From NCBI GenBank assembly GCA_951406725.2, contig OX597821.1:91264001-91328000 (forward strand): a stretch of 64,000 nt of DNA, given 5' to 3'. This DNA is from Octopus vulgaris. Lineage: Eukaryota. Shown in pieces: positions 25,546 through 38,912 of the stretch. The translations under genes and the position numbers were made by a program. Below the pieces are notes generated by a model. It had not been told where the DNA came from. It made no database searches and saw only the letters and a program-made list of their open reading frames with translations. Numbering within the stretch: position 1 is the first letter of the stretch; every line of letters starts with the position of its first letter.

Positions 25546-26429
25546 GTCGATCGTTTCCGTATGTCCACTCTGGTGTCGTTTGTTCGTTCAAAGCCCTAAC
25601 TCTCCACAAATTTTATATTTTTTTAAATTTCTGGATGCTGCTGTCTTATGACGTTTTCCTGTCTTGTCACAAAATAGGTAGTCATAAACAGTCGACAACT
25701 AAGGAAGAGTTAGACTTCTTTTGGTAGTTTGTCCCGTCCCGTACTTTCTCTCGTTGTCTGTTTATGTATTTTTTGTTCGTTGGTGATGTACTGTACTTAA
25801 TATGTATCATTTCATTTTTATTTAATAGTTGAATGCCACGCAGCCTTTGTCAGCAATAAGTTTTTACATTTATATATAATTTCTGTGATTTTGTTCTCTA
25901 CCTACTTTTTTTCTCTCTCTCTCTATCTCTCTCTTTCTCTCCCTCATAATCCTCTATATTTCTTTTTCTCCCCTCCTTTGCTGTTACTCGTCTGTCTTTT
26001 TTCATTCTCTAACTTTCTTTCCTTCTCCCTTCTCCTCCTTCCCTTTATTTATTTCCCTCATCTTCTTTCTTCTCCCCTTCCCCTTTGCTTGTTGCTCATA
26101 CATCACTACAGGCCATTTTTCTCATCTCTGTCTTTTCTAGATGGAACGTCCAGCAAGCCGGACGTCATTTCCCTCGCCTCTCGATATCTTATCTTTTCTC
26201 TTTTCTATGTTTTCTCTTCTATTTATTCTATATCCTTTCATTCAAACTTTCTCCCAGGCATTACCCATTACAATTCGTCTTGGCCTAACGGCCCTAAACC
26301 TCTGTCTTCGTCGATCATTTCTGTACGACCACTCTGGTGTCGTTTGTTCATTCAGAGCCCTAACTCTCCACAAATTTTATATCGTTTAAATTTCTGGATG
26401 CTGCTGTCTTATGAGGTTTTCCTGTCTTG
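25546..26429. repeat. Pair of about 120-bp direct repeats 764 bp apart
   Basis: 25546-25666 vs 26310-26429 (ccactctggtgtcgtttgttc..ctggatgctgctgtcttatga). Confidence 0.85.
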
Positions 26430-27172
26430 CCGATAGTGGAGTTGAGTCAAACTGTCATTAAATACATATAATTCCAAGTAAACATATTGAGAGTTACTTT
26501 CATACATTCTTTCGTTTGTTTTTTTCACTCACATGCACATATACATACACGCATATACACATGCATACACATACGTATGAGAATATGCGTGTTAGTATGT
26601 GCGTGTATGTTTATGAAGTAACGACCGTATACCGATACACATATAAACTAATTGTGCAAACGCCTATATGCCAACATAATCTCGTGTCTTCATATACGTC
26701 TTAGTTTTATGTCCTAATTATTTAACCCCGTATATACATATACGCACATATGCACTTGGGGCAATACATAATAGTATTTTTTGGGATTATAATTATTCAG
26801 TAACACCTCAACTGATTTCATTGAATAAGATTAAACAAAATGATACGTACGTTTAAATCATCAAAATATTTCGGTATATTTATTTTCATTAGAAATTTTG
26901 TCTCATGATTAAGCTGCTAGCTTGCAAAGGAATCACATGTGCTATTTTGTAGTAGGTAGGACTCCACTTACTTTGTAGCTCAGCCAGAAATAGAAGTGGT
27001 ATTAAAATGTCTAACTTGCCAAAGTAAAAGTGTATGCAAGGATAGGGCATTCTCTTAGGTTCAAACATACTTTTATCGATTTTCCTTCAAGTACACACGG
27101 GCACACTCATACATATATGAATTATGTAAAATACGCACACACATATATATACACACATGCATATATATATAC

Positions 27173-27208
<36 letters not shown>

Positions 27209-27402
27209 CCGCGTCTGTGTGTCTGTGTGCATTTCCGTCAAAAATGGAGACGAGTACAAATACTTCCCTGGTGGAAGACTTGTATAATTGTGAAGACCTC
27301 TGCGCAGGAAACCATTAGTTGCTACAAATAAAGAATGTTTATCCACCAATGCAGTATTCAGCACTCACTCTCATCGTTTGCTATTGGCGTGTATGTATAT
27401 GT

Positions 27403-27788
27403 GTGGAGGCGCAATGGCCCAGTGGTTAGGGCAGTGGACTCGCGGTCATAGGATCGCGGTTTCGATTCCCAGACCGGGTGTTGTGAGTGTTTATTGAGCG
27501 AAAACACCTAAAAGTTCCACGAGGCTCCGGCAGGGGATGGTGGTGATCCCTGCTGTACTCTTTCACCACAACTTTCTCTCACTCTTACTTCCTGTTTCTG
27601 TTGTACCTGTATATCAAGGGGCCGGCCTTGTCACTCTCTGTGTCACGCTGAATATCTCCGAGAACTACGTTAAGGGTGCACGTGTCTCTGGAGTGCTCAG
27701 CCACTTACACGTTAATTTCACGAGCAGGCTGTTCCGTTGATTCGGATCAACCGGAACCCTCATCGTCGTAACCGACGGAGTGCTTCCA
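27403..27788 (+). mobile_element. SINE family B, full length
   Basis: gtggaggcgcaatggcccagtggttaggg..ggtttcgattccc tRNA-like head, ending gacggagtgcttcca. Confidence 0.92.
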
Positions 27789-27826
27789 TGTGTATATGTG
27801 TGTGTATATACATATATGTATGTATA

Positions 27827-27877
<51 letters not shown>

Positions 27878-27878
27878 G

Positions 27879-27922
<44 letters not shown>

Positions 27923-28059
27923 TATACACACACACATACATATATATATATACACACACACACATACACATATATATAGTAGGCAGACAGTCACATCGTA
28001 TGTGACCTCACCTCTATCGGTCTAGGTTGACACGTGTATGTGCAAGCGCGAGCAACATT

Positions 28060-28272
28060 TACTGACACTCTACAGACACATGTACATTTAACGAAGTTCT
28101 CAGGGTGATTCAGCGTGACACATGACAAGGTTGGCCATTTGAAATACAGGTACGACTCATTTTTGCTAACAACAATAAAGCGTCTTGCCCAAGGACACAA
28201 TGCGTCGCCGGGAATTGAACTCGAGACCTTACGATTGTGAGCCGAAAGCCTTAACCATTTAACCACACTCCT
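28060..28272 (-). mobile_element. SINE with a different head and a B-type body, partial
   Basis: Reverse complement has ggtctcgagttcaattcccgg followed by gtacctgtatttcaaa..gtcacgctgaat. Confidence 0.7.
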
Positions 28273-29119
28273 TTACGCCTAACAATTCCGCTAATCTACT
28301 CACTACGAAAAGACGAAAGATAATATTGACTTAACCAGCATTTGAACTCAAAACACAGAGAATTGAAACAAATATCGCGAAATATTGCTTTCAAGGCTCT
28401 AACAACTCTGCCTACTTGTTACATTCTATATCGCATGCATATAAAATCAAGAAGTATATGAAGAGATGAGGTAATGAAATCATGTATAAAAGTTTTAACC
28501 TTATAATCTTATAACCAGATTTAACTATATGCGATTATATTGTACGCTATAACAGCTATACGGTAATGTATTTAAGACGCACACGCGCGCATCTATAAAG
28601 TCTATTTAAAGGCCATTTCAAATCTATAGATTAAAATTTAATTTACTATCACTATCTGACAGCAAGCCAAATTTACTAAACATATCTTACGTAAGTAAAT
28701 CTCCTCAACTTCATACCATTATTGAAATGTTTCTGTATAAATGTCTACAAACTCTGTTTTGATCTGTGTTTGAGTAAGCTTCGGTAGATGAAGATTGAAT
28801 TCATAGTTGACTCGTATGTGGATGTGCATGTGTACGTATGTATGTATGTATGTATGTATGTATGTATGTATGTATGTATGTATGTATGTATGTATGTATG
28901 TATGTATGTATGTACATATGTGTACATAAATGTGTATATAGTACATCTGTATCATTATTTCAGTAAAGAATCCAGGAATTTGGATACGGTGATCTTCAGG
29001 AGATATTCATCTTATTTGTTGAAGCAAATGGCAACAGTTTGTCATATGTTAAGTCAGGTGACTTTTTTGTTTTGTTTTTTTGCCTATTGTCTTGAAAATT
29101 GATAACAAAAAGTCGAGAT

Positions 29120-30230
29120 TAATTCCATTTTCCTGTTTCTGTTCGTTATTGGTTTGTATTATACTATATCATCTTCAATTAAACATATATGGCAAGATTT
29201 TGAGTAGGTTGAAAGCAGTATAAGAAACATCATGTGATATCAGTAGCCTCACTCTTGTGGGTTTTTTTCTTCTAGATGTGTTTAGACGCATTTTCTTTGA
29301 AATTGCGTTTTGAAAAGTCTTGTGTTGTGACATGTACAGCTCTTCAATGAGCTTGCTGCCAAGTCGTTGTAAGATAAAAATATTAATACTATTTTAAGTT
29401 TTAGGGGCCTGATACATTTTGCAGCTACTCATATACTGATTATCCAAGTGATACGACTCAATGTTTCAGCAGCTACTTTTATCTTTACATTTATTTCTTC
29501 GGTTGGTTTGTATTGTGCTGAAGAATTCTGTAGTTATTCAAGGAAATGATTTATCTCATAGACATCATTGCAGTATAACGGACATTTATATTGTTACTAT
29601 TAATTATGAAAGTGTTTGCTGATTAAAGAGAAGAATTAATTTGCTGCGCATCCATCCCATAAGATTCTTGTTGAACATTGGATTGGAACAGATGGCGTTT
29701 TACTCACTGGATCGGTTTTTTGATGTCATTACTGTTTAGCCCAAGCATAACTGCAATTGAACCGGCATAGGATTAAAGGCTTTCCAGTCGTAATTATCCC
29801 GTCCTTTTCAAATTTCAAGAGCTCTAAGGCCCCATACACCAACGTAACTTCTTTTAAAAATAGTATTGATTTGAGGCATATTTAACTGCAATTTCTCATT
29901 AGCCAGACCCCTACACAAAATCTCTTACTTACTGTTGGTAAACTAGTGTACGCTTTTGTATTTTCGATGTAGCTGTGGATGGATACTTGGTTATACTTCT
30001 ACTCAGTCCTCTAAAATGTTGCTAATTAAATGCAGAAGATATTGGGTATATGTTTATTCACTGCTCTAGGCACTTAAGGACACTGGCGTCTCGTAGTAAG
30101 AATTTGGATGTGTATGCAGAAAATGCTTGGTAAGTTTTATATGAGGGTCGCTAAAGTTCTTTTGGCGAGTATGCAAGGTCATGAAAATCCTTAACCCGTC
30201 GTCTTTGTGTTGCCTCGCTCTACTGCTGCT
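29120..30230 (+). pseudogene. Decayed voltage-sensing phosphatase (VSP/TPTE)-like pseudogene
   Basis: Manual translation gives, in the expected order: S2-like CDISSLTLVGFFLLDVFRRIFFE (29233-29301); S3-like LNVSAATFIFTFISSVGLY after a ttttgcag acceptor; S4-position RTFILLLLIMKVF; then FIHC, TG-LVVRIWM, SLKFF-GE and QGHENP. Many stops and frameshifts. Confidence 0.5.
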
Positions 30231-31075
30231 GCTTATTATCTGCTTAACCTGGGAAAATAAGTGAACTGTATATGTGTACACACACATATTGTTGAAGATG
30301 AACAGAATTTAATGAAACATAGAGCGAAAAAGCATAAAGTAAAACATGAAGAACTTGAAGAACTCGAGTTCATTGAGTAGCTGCATTGTAAGGAGCATCT
30401 GCCAGTGTAAGAACTGATAACCAGGAAACAAGCAAACGTTTTTAACATTAAAAGAAATCCCGAATACATTTACTGTATAGTATATGAAATGTATATAAAA
30501 CTACTTTCATGCTATATGCATTAACTGTCATAGATGTAATGGATAAAGAACTTATGCTTGGGTGCCATACTCAAGCTAATCATTTAAAAATCCAGAACAC
30601 TTCAAGTCACAAAGCATTTTGAGTAACTGATTATCAACTAGGCACATTATTCTTTACCTATATTCTTTCTACAAATTTCCATGCACTTATTCTCCATTAC
30701 ACAACAGTACTAATATACGGACATCTCTAACACCTGAACACCCTTATACCGTAAAACTCTTATACCTAGAGCTATCTAGGCTTAACAATATGGAAAGATC
30801 CTTTTGACATTCCTCTAACAGCATTTTTCTTTCACTTTCCTTAGCAACCTACTCTCAACCACTCATACACCAACACCCAAATGTACCAATCTTTCAAGAC
30901 AGTCCAGGGACCAACACCTAGCAACCTTACAACAATTTCTTAGACATTAGGAAGAGCTGAAGCTAATCTTAAACATATACTATCGTAATAATTCTTGAGA
31001 ATCAAAACTGTGTATCATACATTTCTATAAACCTAAGTTGCCACCAGTATCTCAGTCTCATATTTACAAACAGAC

Positions 31076-31487
31076 AGGCGCAGGAGTGGCTGTGTGGTAA
31101 GTAGCTTGCTAACCAACCACATGGTTCTGGGTTCAGTCCCACTGCGTGGCATCTTGGGCAAGTGTCTTCTGCTATAGCCCCGGGCCGACCAATGCCTTGT
31201 GAGTGGATTTGGTAGACGGAAACTGAAAGAAGCCCGTCGTATATATGTATATTTATATATATGTGTGTGTTTGTTTGTCTGTGTTTGTCCCCCTAGCATT
31301 GCTTGACAACCGATGCTGGTGTGTTTACGTTCCCGTCACTTAGCGGTTCGGCAAAAGAGACCGATAGAATAAGTACTCGGCTTACAAAGAATAAGTCCCG
31401 GGGTCGATTTGCTCGACTAAAGGCGGTGCTCCAGCATGACCGCAGTCAAATGACTGAAACAAGTAAAAGAGTAAAAGAGTAAAAGAG
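31076..31487 (+). mobile_element. SINE family A, full length
   Basis: Closely matches the other young A copies; (gtaaaaga)n tail. Confidence 0.92.
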
Positions 31488-32557
31488 ACATCGCAAGTGC
31501 AAGTGAGATGTGGTCCTCCAGTTCACCAAGAAGAGTAATGATTTTTTATAAGAACTAACTCAGATTTGGATGATATTTCCATCCCATACCGGCATGGGTC
31601 AGACGAAACTTACTAAGATGATATTTCTATGCTCGGATCCCTTCCTATTAGCAACCTGAACCGATTAAGTTTGAAATGAATTTCTTAGCTAGACACATAT
31701 GCCACACATATTTTCCTCCCTCCACATCTCTTTCTATATACACACAAACACGCACACATAGATATATGAACCAATTTAAATGTCTCAATGTGAACATAGG
31801 TATAGATGATTGCGTGTAATATACTGAGTGAAAACACCTTTGGGGGAAAAGACCGAAAACTACTTGTGCGAGGTTAATTGGGAGGTTTGTGTCACAATTG
31901 TCTTTATCTCAGTAAAATACTCCACATATTAATATATGGAATGTTGTAAGGGAAAGGCTCACATTTAATGACTATATGATTTTCAGCTTTCCGTTTTTCA
32001 TAACATATTTTTACATTAAAATCGTATTGAGTTCTCCCTGTCTCTGAAGTAGTAGCACATAATATATCTTTCATTACACTTTTATATACATATACACGTA
32101 ATATATCTATTTACATGCATATATATCTGCGTATGTATGTATGTATATCATAAATATATGTGTGTGCGTCTGTTATGTGTATACACACATATATATACGT
32201 ATATTACAACACATGTATACATACACGTATTGGTGTGAATAATTATTCATTCAATCTCTGTGTTTGTGTTTATGTGTGTATTTTCACGGAAATTTATCAA
32301 GTTCCAATTATGAAAACTTGATTTATTAATATCTCTATGCAGACAAATTAATTGACATTTACGTTTATAATTAAAATGACCGTTGAGGAAATAAAGTGTA
32401 CAAAATTTACTCACAGACACATAAATGTACAACACACGTGAAATTAAACAAACGCATATTAGGATGATAGAATGATATATTATGAAATTTTAAGAAATTG
32501 CGAAAGAAGAAACGAATACAAAAGTTAGCATATCACAAATATTATTGCTGTACACAC

Positions 32558-32593
<36 letters not shown>

Positions 32594-33054
32594 TATATAT
32601 ACTACATATGCACACATATTTACATGCATACATACATGCTTACATACATAAATATATGTATGTTTGTATGTAAGTATATATAAGCGTGTGAATATATGTA
32701 TAGACAGAGTCAATAGAGAAGATTAAGATAATTTCAATATGGAAAACACTTAGTAGCGCCCAAATGATTTGAACTTGCATTCCGACATCTTCACCAAAGA
32801 CCAAGTCCGCAGGGTCAAGTGTGGCTATAAGAGGAATCCAGGTGAGCAGATATGGAGACAATGATTCAAGCAAAACAGATAAAACCTTGGGTTTCAATAT
32901 ACAATATATATACATACGTAAAAAGAGAAGGCACACGCAAAATGTTCAGATGATAAACAACCATGTATATATATAATAGAGAAAAACTTACTCAAATTGC
33001 ATAGACCCAAAGAATTAGAGGGGAAAAGGCGTTACAAGTCCGACAGCTGATCGA

Positions 33055-33155
33055 CATGAGGGCATGGAGACCCCTGCATCTCATTCGAGTAATGAAGTCA
33101 TTTGTTTTTTGTAATAAGTGCTCCATATAGAGATCCTTAGGTGGAACTAGGATAA
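33055..33155 (-). mobile_element. Penelope-like element ORF N-terminal fragment
   Basis: ILVPPKDLYMEHLLQKTNDFITRMRCRG resembles the recalled PLE N-terminal motif IPxPxKxxYxxxLIxKTExFIxRMRWKA. Confidence 0.6.
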
Positions 33156-33394
33156 TCGTATTGTATGTGCCCAAGAATTTTTTAATTCATGAATGTGATG
33201 TATAGGCAGCGCTCAGTCGAGCAAAGGGTAAAGAATCAATAGATGAGATGAAGAGAACCTCAATATAGAAAGCACTTAGTAGTGCTCAAATGATTTGAGC
33301 TTACACTCCGATGATCTCAAGTCGAACAGGTGTCGGACTTATAAAGCCTTCTCCCATCTAAGTTTTTGAATCTATGTACTCTGAATATGTTTGC

Positions 33395-33962
33395 TCTACG
33401 TCATTACGTTCTGAGTTCAAATTCTGCCGAGGTCAACTTTGCCTTTCGTCCTTTCGGGTTCGATAAGTACAAGATGAGCACTGGGGTCAATGTAAACAAT
33501 TCATCCCCTTCCCTGAAATTACTGGCATTGTGCCAAAATTTGAAACGTATATTAGTATGAATTGCTAGGCGGCGAGCTGGCAGAAACGTTAGCACGCCGG
33601 GCGAAATGCTTTGCGGTATTTCTTCTGCCGCTAAGTTCTGAGTTCAAATTCCACCGAGGTCGACTTTGCCTTTCATCCTTTCAGGGACGATTAAATAAGT
33701 AGCAGTTACGCACTGGGGTCCATATAATCGACTTAATCCGTTTGTCTGTCCTTGTTTGTCCCCTCTGTGTTTAGCCCCTTGTGAGTAGTAAAGAAATAGG
33801 TATTTTCATCAGTCTTTACATTCATTGTTCAAATTCTGCCGAAGTCGACTGTGCCTTTTATTCTCTCGGGGTCAGTAAAATAAGTACCAGTTGAGTACCG
33901 GGGTCAATGTAATCACTCTCTCAAAATTGTTGGCCTTGTGCCAAAATTTGAAATCTGTATTA
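33395..33962 (+). mobile_element. Cluster of SINE family C copies (partial 33395-33555; young 33567-33798; older body 33799-33962)
   Basis: Repeated gttcaaattc..ctttgcctttc..ggggtc motifs. Confidence 0.85.
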
Positions 33963-34506
33963 ATATGTAACCGCTCTTTTATTACTCGTGACCAGTAAAT
34001 CCCATCACATCGCGAAAGCCTGTGCGCGCATCATGTCATCTGCAAACATACATACCCATAATTATCCCACAGGAGATACCTGGGACAATGAATGCTTTAC
34101 TTCTAAGAGCCAGAGAAAGTACTCTGACAAGTATATGAACAGAACCAACAGACAGAAATCCCAAAACAATCGCCTCTCTCACACAGATGCCAAGATCATT
34201 GAGCAAGGGAAACAACGGTGGCATACATACATCTATATCTATCTACATGTATGTATATAGATACGAAATATTTTATAAGCAGAATATCGATCGATCCCCC
34301 CCCCCCAATCACTCTTTCGAGAAGGATATTACAAATGTAATTAGCAGTGACCCAAAAATTACATCGATGTACTTCTTTCTATTGCGACAGGAAATTGTTA
34401 CAATATACGATACAATATACAATACCATCCGTTAAAAACAAAAAAAACTGCCTGGGACAAACATAATCAGCACTATGGATTATATACATATTACTACATA
34501 TCTATT

Positions 34507-34615
34507 GCCCCGGTGGCACAATCGGTTAGCGCGCCGTACTTATAGACAGTATCTTTGCCGTGCGAGTCACGGATGAGCAATGCGGAGGTTGTGAGTTCGA
34601 ACCTCACCCGGGGCA
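34507..34615 (+). tRNA. tRNA-Ile-TAT: tRNA-Ile(UAU) with 35-nt intron (34545-34579)
   Basis: Acceptor stem GCCCCGG/CCGGGGC+A, D arm GCAC..GCGC, anticodon stem CCGTA/TGCGG, anticodon TAT at 34541-34543, intron at canonical 37/38, T arm GTGAG-TTCGAAC-CTCAC. Confidence 0.95.
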
Positions 34616-34621
34616 CTGATA

Positions 34622-34625
34622 TTTT
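34622..34625 (+). terminator. Pol III T-tract terminator of the tRNA
   Basis: TTTT 7 nt after the discriminator base, with further T runs downstream. Confidence 0.6.
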
Positions 34626-34812
34626 GTCGCATATTTTAATTATTTTAACAATTTCGTCATGAATGCAACTATTTTCAACTTATATTAAAATATCTGCATC
34701 TGCTTTTCCACTCTATTTTCGAGTATTTTGTGCATGAAATCGACATTTTTAAAATTGGAAACCTCTTGTATTTTTGTGATTGCGCCTATCTCCGATTTAA
34801 AAAAAAAATTAT

Positions 34813-35222
34813 AGGTGTAGGAGTAGCTGTGTGATAAGTAGCTTGCTTACCAACCACATGGTTCTGGGTTCAGTTCCATTGCGTGGCACCTTGAGCAAGT
34901 GTCTTCTCCTATAGCCTCGGACCGACCAAAGCCTTGTGAGTGGATTTGGTAGACGGAAACTGAAAGTAACCCGTCGTATATATATATATACGTATGAATG
35001 TATGTTGTGTGTATATGTTTGTGTGTCTTTGTCATCCAACATCGCTTGACAACCGATGCTGGTGTGTTTGCGTCCCAGTAACTTAGCGGTTTGGCAAAAG
35101 AGGCCGATAGAATAAGTACTAGGCTTACAAAGAATAAGTCCTAGGGTCGATTTGCTCGACTAAAGGATGTACTCCAGCATGGCCACAGTCAAATGACTGA
35201 AATAAGTAAAAGAGTAAAAGCG
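34813..35222 (+). mobile_element. SINE family A, full length
   Basis: Same head, body and tail as 31076. Confidence 0.9.
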
Positions 35223-35358
35223 TATAAGAATGCCACCTGCAAAAAAAAAAAAGGAAAAAACTGACCTGGAACAAACATAATCAGCACTATGGATTACATA
35301 CATATTAATACATATCCATGGTTCTTGGTGGAATATTCTCTTTAAAAATTCCGCCAAA

Positions 35359-35760
35359 TCTTTATATATAAAAGAGAAGTTGTGTGCTGTCTGTCTCCTA
35401 CGATTTAGATTCCTAACTACTCCCACATTTTGCGGTGCAGTTTACCCAAAACCGGGTATCTTATAGTCGTGATTCATATCGAGCCCTTCTGGGTATTAGC
35501 GCGCGTCTACGATGAGTCTACGATTTTAAAAAAAATTTACCATCAATTTTTCCCATTTTTAATGCATTTTTGGCATATATAAGGGAAGTAACTCTCTAAA
35601 AATTTATTATTAAATCTCAGAACGTAAAAAGCTACAGTAACACCCCCTTCCCCCCTTTGTGGTTAGCCATATTGAGATGGCTATTATACTTTACATCTCT
35701 AAAAATGCTTATATAGTTATTTCCCTTACAAACCCGAGCAACGCCGGGCAATACTGCTAG
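35359..35760 (+). mobile_element. Non-autonomous Helitron
   Basis: A|TCTTTATATATAAA 5' end and cccgagcaacgccggg hairpin + CTAG|T 3' end. Confidence 0.88.
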
Positions 35761-36244
35761 TGTGTTATACACAGAAAGTTATTTTCGACTCGAAAGCAAC
35801 GCACCATAGCGTATAGCTGCTCTGTACACGTGAACATCTTTTCTGACAAAAGCAAGAAAGAAAGTATCGAAGGCTAACTGTTTGGAAACCTGCAGCACCA
35901 CTACTCCGATTGTAAACTTATAAAAATTCACATTTATGCCAATAATCTTTCGTACACTTGGTTATGTTAGTAACTGTCTAAGCGACAATCAGGAAAATCT
36001 AAGAGTTTCAAGCAAAGAAACCGGCTAACCTGCACTTTGCAGATGCAATCAGTAAGTGAAAGAGTGAAAAACATACAGTATTTTGTTAAAGATCGATACT
36101 TAGGTATTAGCTTTGTTGTTATTCCGATTCATTTCGTGAAGATTTTGTTTATTTCTGTGAAAGCATACACACACGTACGTACATACATACATACATACAT
36201 ACACACACATACATATATATATATACATACATACATATATATAC

Positions 36245-36320
<76 letters not shown>

Positions 36321-36324
<4 letters not shown>

Positions 36325-36625
36325 GGCGGAATGGTTAGGGCATCGGACTCGTGGTCGGAGGATCGTGGTTTCAATTCCCAGGTGTTAATTGGGCGAAAAC
36401 ACCTAAAACTCCACGAGGCTCCGGCATAGGGCGGTGACGACCCCTGTTGTACTCTTTTGCCCCAACTTTCTCTCACTCTCTCATCCTGTTTCTTGAGTAA
36501 CGCCGCGATGGACTGGGGTCTCGTCCAGCTGGGGGGGAGGGGGGTCACATACACCACAGAAACCGGGAAACCGGACCCATGAGGCTGGTTATGCTGGAAA
36601 AGGGCGCATAAATGAAATAAAAAAT
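36321..36625 (+). mobile_element. SINE with B-type head/5' body and the 23344-type tail
   Basis: tggaggcgg..gcgaaaacacctaaaactccacgagg, then gagtaacgccgcgatggact..aaaagggcgcat. Confidence 0.8.
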
Positions 36626-36769
36626 AAATGTATATATATATAAAACATTATTTTACGATATTTTATATAATATATTCATTGAAGAAATATCTCTTCAAAA
36701 TATATTTTAAACCAATGTATCTTTGATAAATATCTCTGTAAGAGGTTTAAATGTCCTATATATATTCTT

Positions 36770-36990
36770 TTAATATTTTATTTGTGTCAGTCATTTGATT
36801 GCAATCATCCTGGAGCACCGCCTTTAGTCGAGCAAATCAACACCGTGACTTATTCTTTGTAAGCCTAGTACTTATTCTTTCGGTGTCTTTTGCCGCACTG
36901 CTAAATTACGGGGACGTGAACACACAAGCATCGGTTGTCAAGCGATGTTGGGGGACAAACACAGATACACACACGCTCATATATAAATAT

Positions 36991-37066
<76 letters not shown>

Positions 37067-37243
37067 ACATATATATATATGAAGTGCTCCTTTCAGTTTC
37101 CGTCTACCAAATCCACTCACAAGGCTTTGGTCGGCCCGAGGCTATAGTAGAAGTCACTTGCCCAAGGTGCAACACAGTGGGACTGAACCCGGAACCATGT
37201 GGTTGGTAAGCAAGCTACTTACCACACAGTCACTCCTGCGCCT
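36770..37243 (-). mobile_element. SINE family A with expanded internal microsatellite
   Basis: Reverse complement of family A. Confidence 0.9.
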
Positions 37244-37484
37244 ATATCCACAATGTGTGTGTGTGTGTGTGTGTATGTGTGTGTGTGTGTGTGTTCGTGT
37301 GTAACGTACACATATATATAATCTACATCGAGAAAATTCTAGATGAACTAGTTTCCTATTTTGGCATAGGGTGTTATACTGGACGCCATTGCATTGTACC
37401 AAGGTTACCGTTCATTCCAGCTAATGTCAGGGCCAAGCACTGCGATAGCTTAAAGTCTAGCATGGTTCCAGCCAAATGGTTAAA

Positions 37485-37533
<49 letters not shown>

Positions 37534-37540
37534 TATATAT

Positions 37541-37691
37541 TTCTCTCCTTGTTTTTTTCTGTGTATCTTTCTGTGGAAGAGCGTAGGCTCGAAACGTAAA
37601 AGACTTTTTCTATTCCTGAGCGCTATACTAATACATTTGTTTGTTTGTACTCCACCTGCCTTCGTCTTTTATTTATTTTCGTAAACTTTAC

Positions 37692-37695
<4 letters not shown>
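37541..37695 (+). mobile_element. Hammerhead-motif repeat copy (motif 37566-37603)
   Basis: tcttt-CTGTGGA-a-GAGC(gtag)GCTC-GAAA-cg-TA-aaaga. Confidence 0.72.
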
Positions 37696-37722
<27 letters not shown>

Positions 37723-38256
37723 ACTTGTTTTTGTAAGCACATATATGTACGTATGTATATATATATTTATGCATCTGTCTATCTATGTATATCTATGCAC
37801 ATACACACACACTTATCTAAAAATATTTAGATATGTAGATATGAATATATATGTGTGTGTATGTAGTTTTCGATGAGCATGTATATGTAATAAATAAATA
37901 AATGATGTTCTTTATGATGGATTTATTATTTGGTGATGGAAAAGGTGATTAATAGCTTGTTAATTAATTACGTTTGGAAATCTATTTTATCTTTTTCGTA
38001 TATATTAAGCTGAGAACATATTATCTGGAAACATTATTGTCTCCAAATTCAATTATTGTACCAGAAAAATAAGTACCATGTAAAAGAGAAATATTTCGTC
38101 ACATAAGGAAAAGTGTGGTTTGTTAATCTACAGGGTGAAATGAAATACCTCCCTTTTTGCAACGTAGTGATCCCTGACGGTCAAACAGGAAAGCGAAACA
38201 AAAAAGGGATCTGACGAGAGTAATCTCCCTCGATCTTCTCGAAAATTCTTGAATAT

Positions 38257-38653
38257 TACTCTTTTACTCTTTTACTTGTTTCAGTCATTTGACTGCGGCC
38301 ATTCTGGAGCACCGCTTTTAGTCGAGCAAATCGACCTCGGGACTTATTCTTTGTAAGCCCAGTACTTATCCTATCGGTCTCTTTTGCCGAACCGCTAAGT
38401 GATGGGGACGTAAACACACCAGCATCGGTTGTCAAGCAATGCTAGGGGGACAAACACAGACACACACATATATATATACATATATATACGACAGGCTTCT
38501 TTCAGTTTCCGTCTACCAAATCCACTCACAAGGCATTGGTCGGCCCGGGGCTATAGCAGAAGACACTTGCCCAAAATGCCACGCAGTGGGACTGAACCCG
38601 GAACCATATGGTTGGTTAGCAAGCTACTTACCACACAGCCACTCCTGCGCCCT
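38257..38653 (-). mobile_element. SINE family A nested in the Gypsy LTR
   Basis: Reverse complement of family A. Confidence 0.92.
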
Positions 38654-38912
38654 AGAAGTTTTCAATTAACTTCTGGGTGACGTGGAAGTCAGTGACTTCC
38701 GGTTCATCCCTTATGTAAAGCGAATGCAATTCTAATTTTGCGCGTCTTTTTGCCTGTCGGTTCCTAGGCGTTCGCATTGAGCCACACCACTCGCACACAC
38801 AACCGCACGCGCGCACATATTCGCCTCATTTGCTTTGAGACATGTGGTTGCAAACACGTAATATGTTACAAGCGTTTTCTTTCAAACCATTCTTATATGT
38901 TAACGCATTACA

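Noticed and set aside
27403-27475. SINE heads as tRNA genes
   Set aside because: They have A/B-box-like motifs but no complete cloverleaf, and they continue into multi-copy SINE bodies with TSDs.
30066-30287. Minus-strand KDDGLRIF as a Penelope RT YRDDGL motif
   Set aside because: No flanking RT motifs. The opposite strand fits a PTEN/VSP-like motif series better.
33030-33090. Hammerhead next to the PLE N-terminal fragment (minus-strand gatcagctgtc)
   Set aside because: Only the palindromic stem-III-like CAGCTG remains; no CUGANGA or GAAA core.
35770-35935. VNFYKFT..FVRKR on the minus strand as the PIWI domain of the Argonaute relic
   Set aside because: The spacing is far too short and the YRDG motif is absent; indistinguishable from chance.
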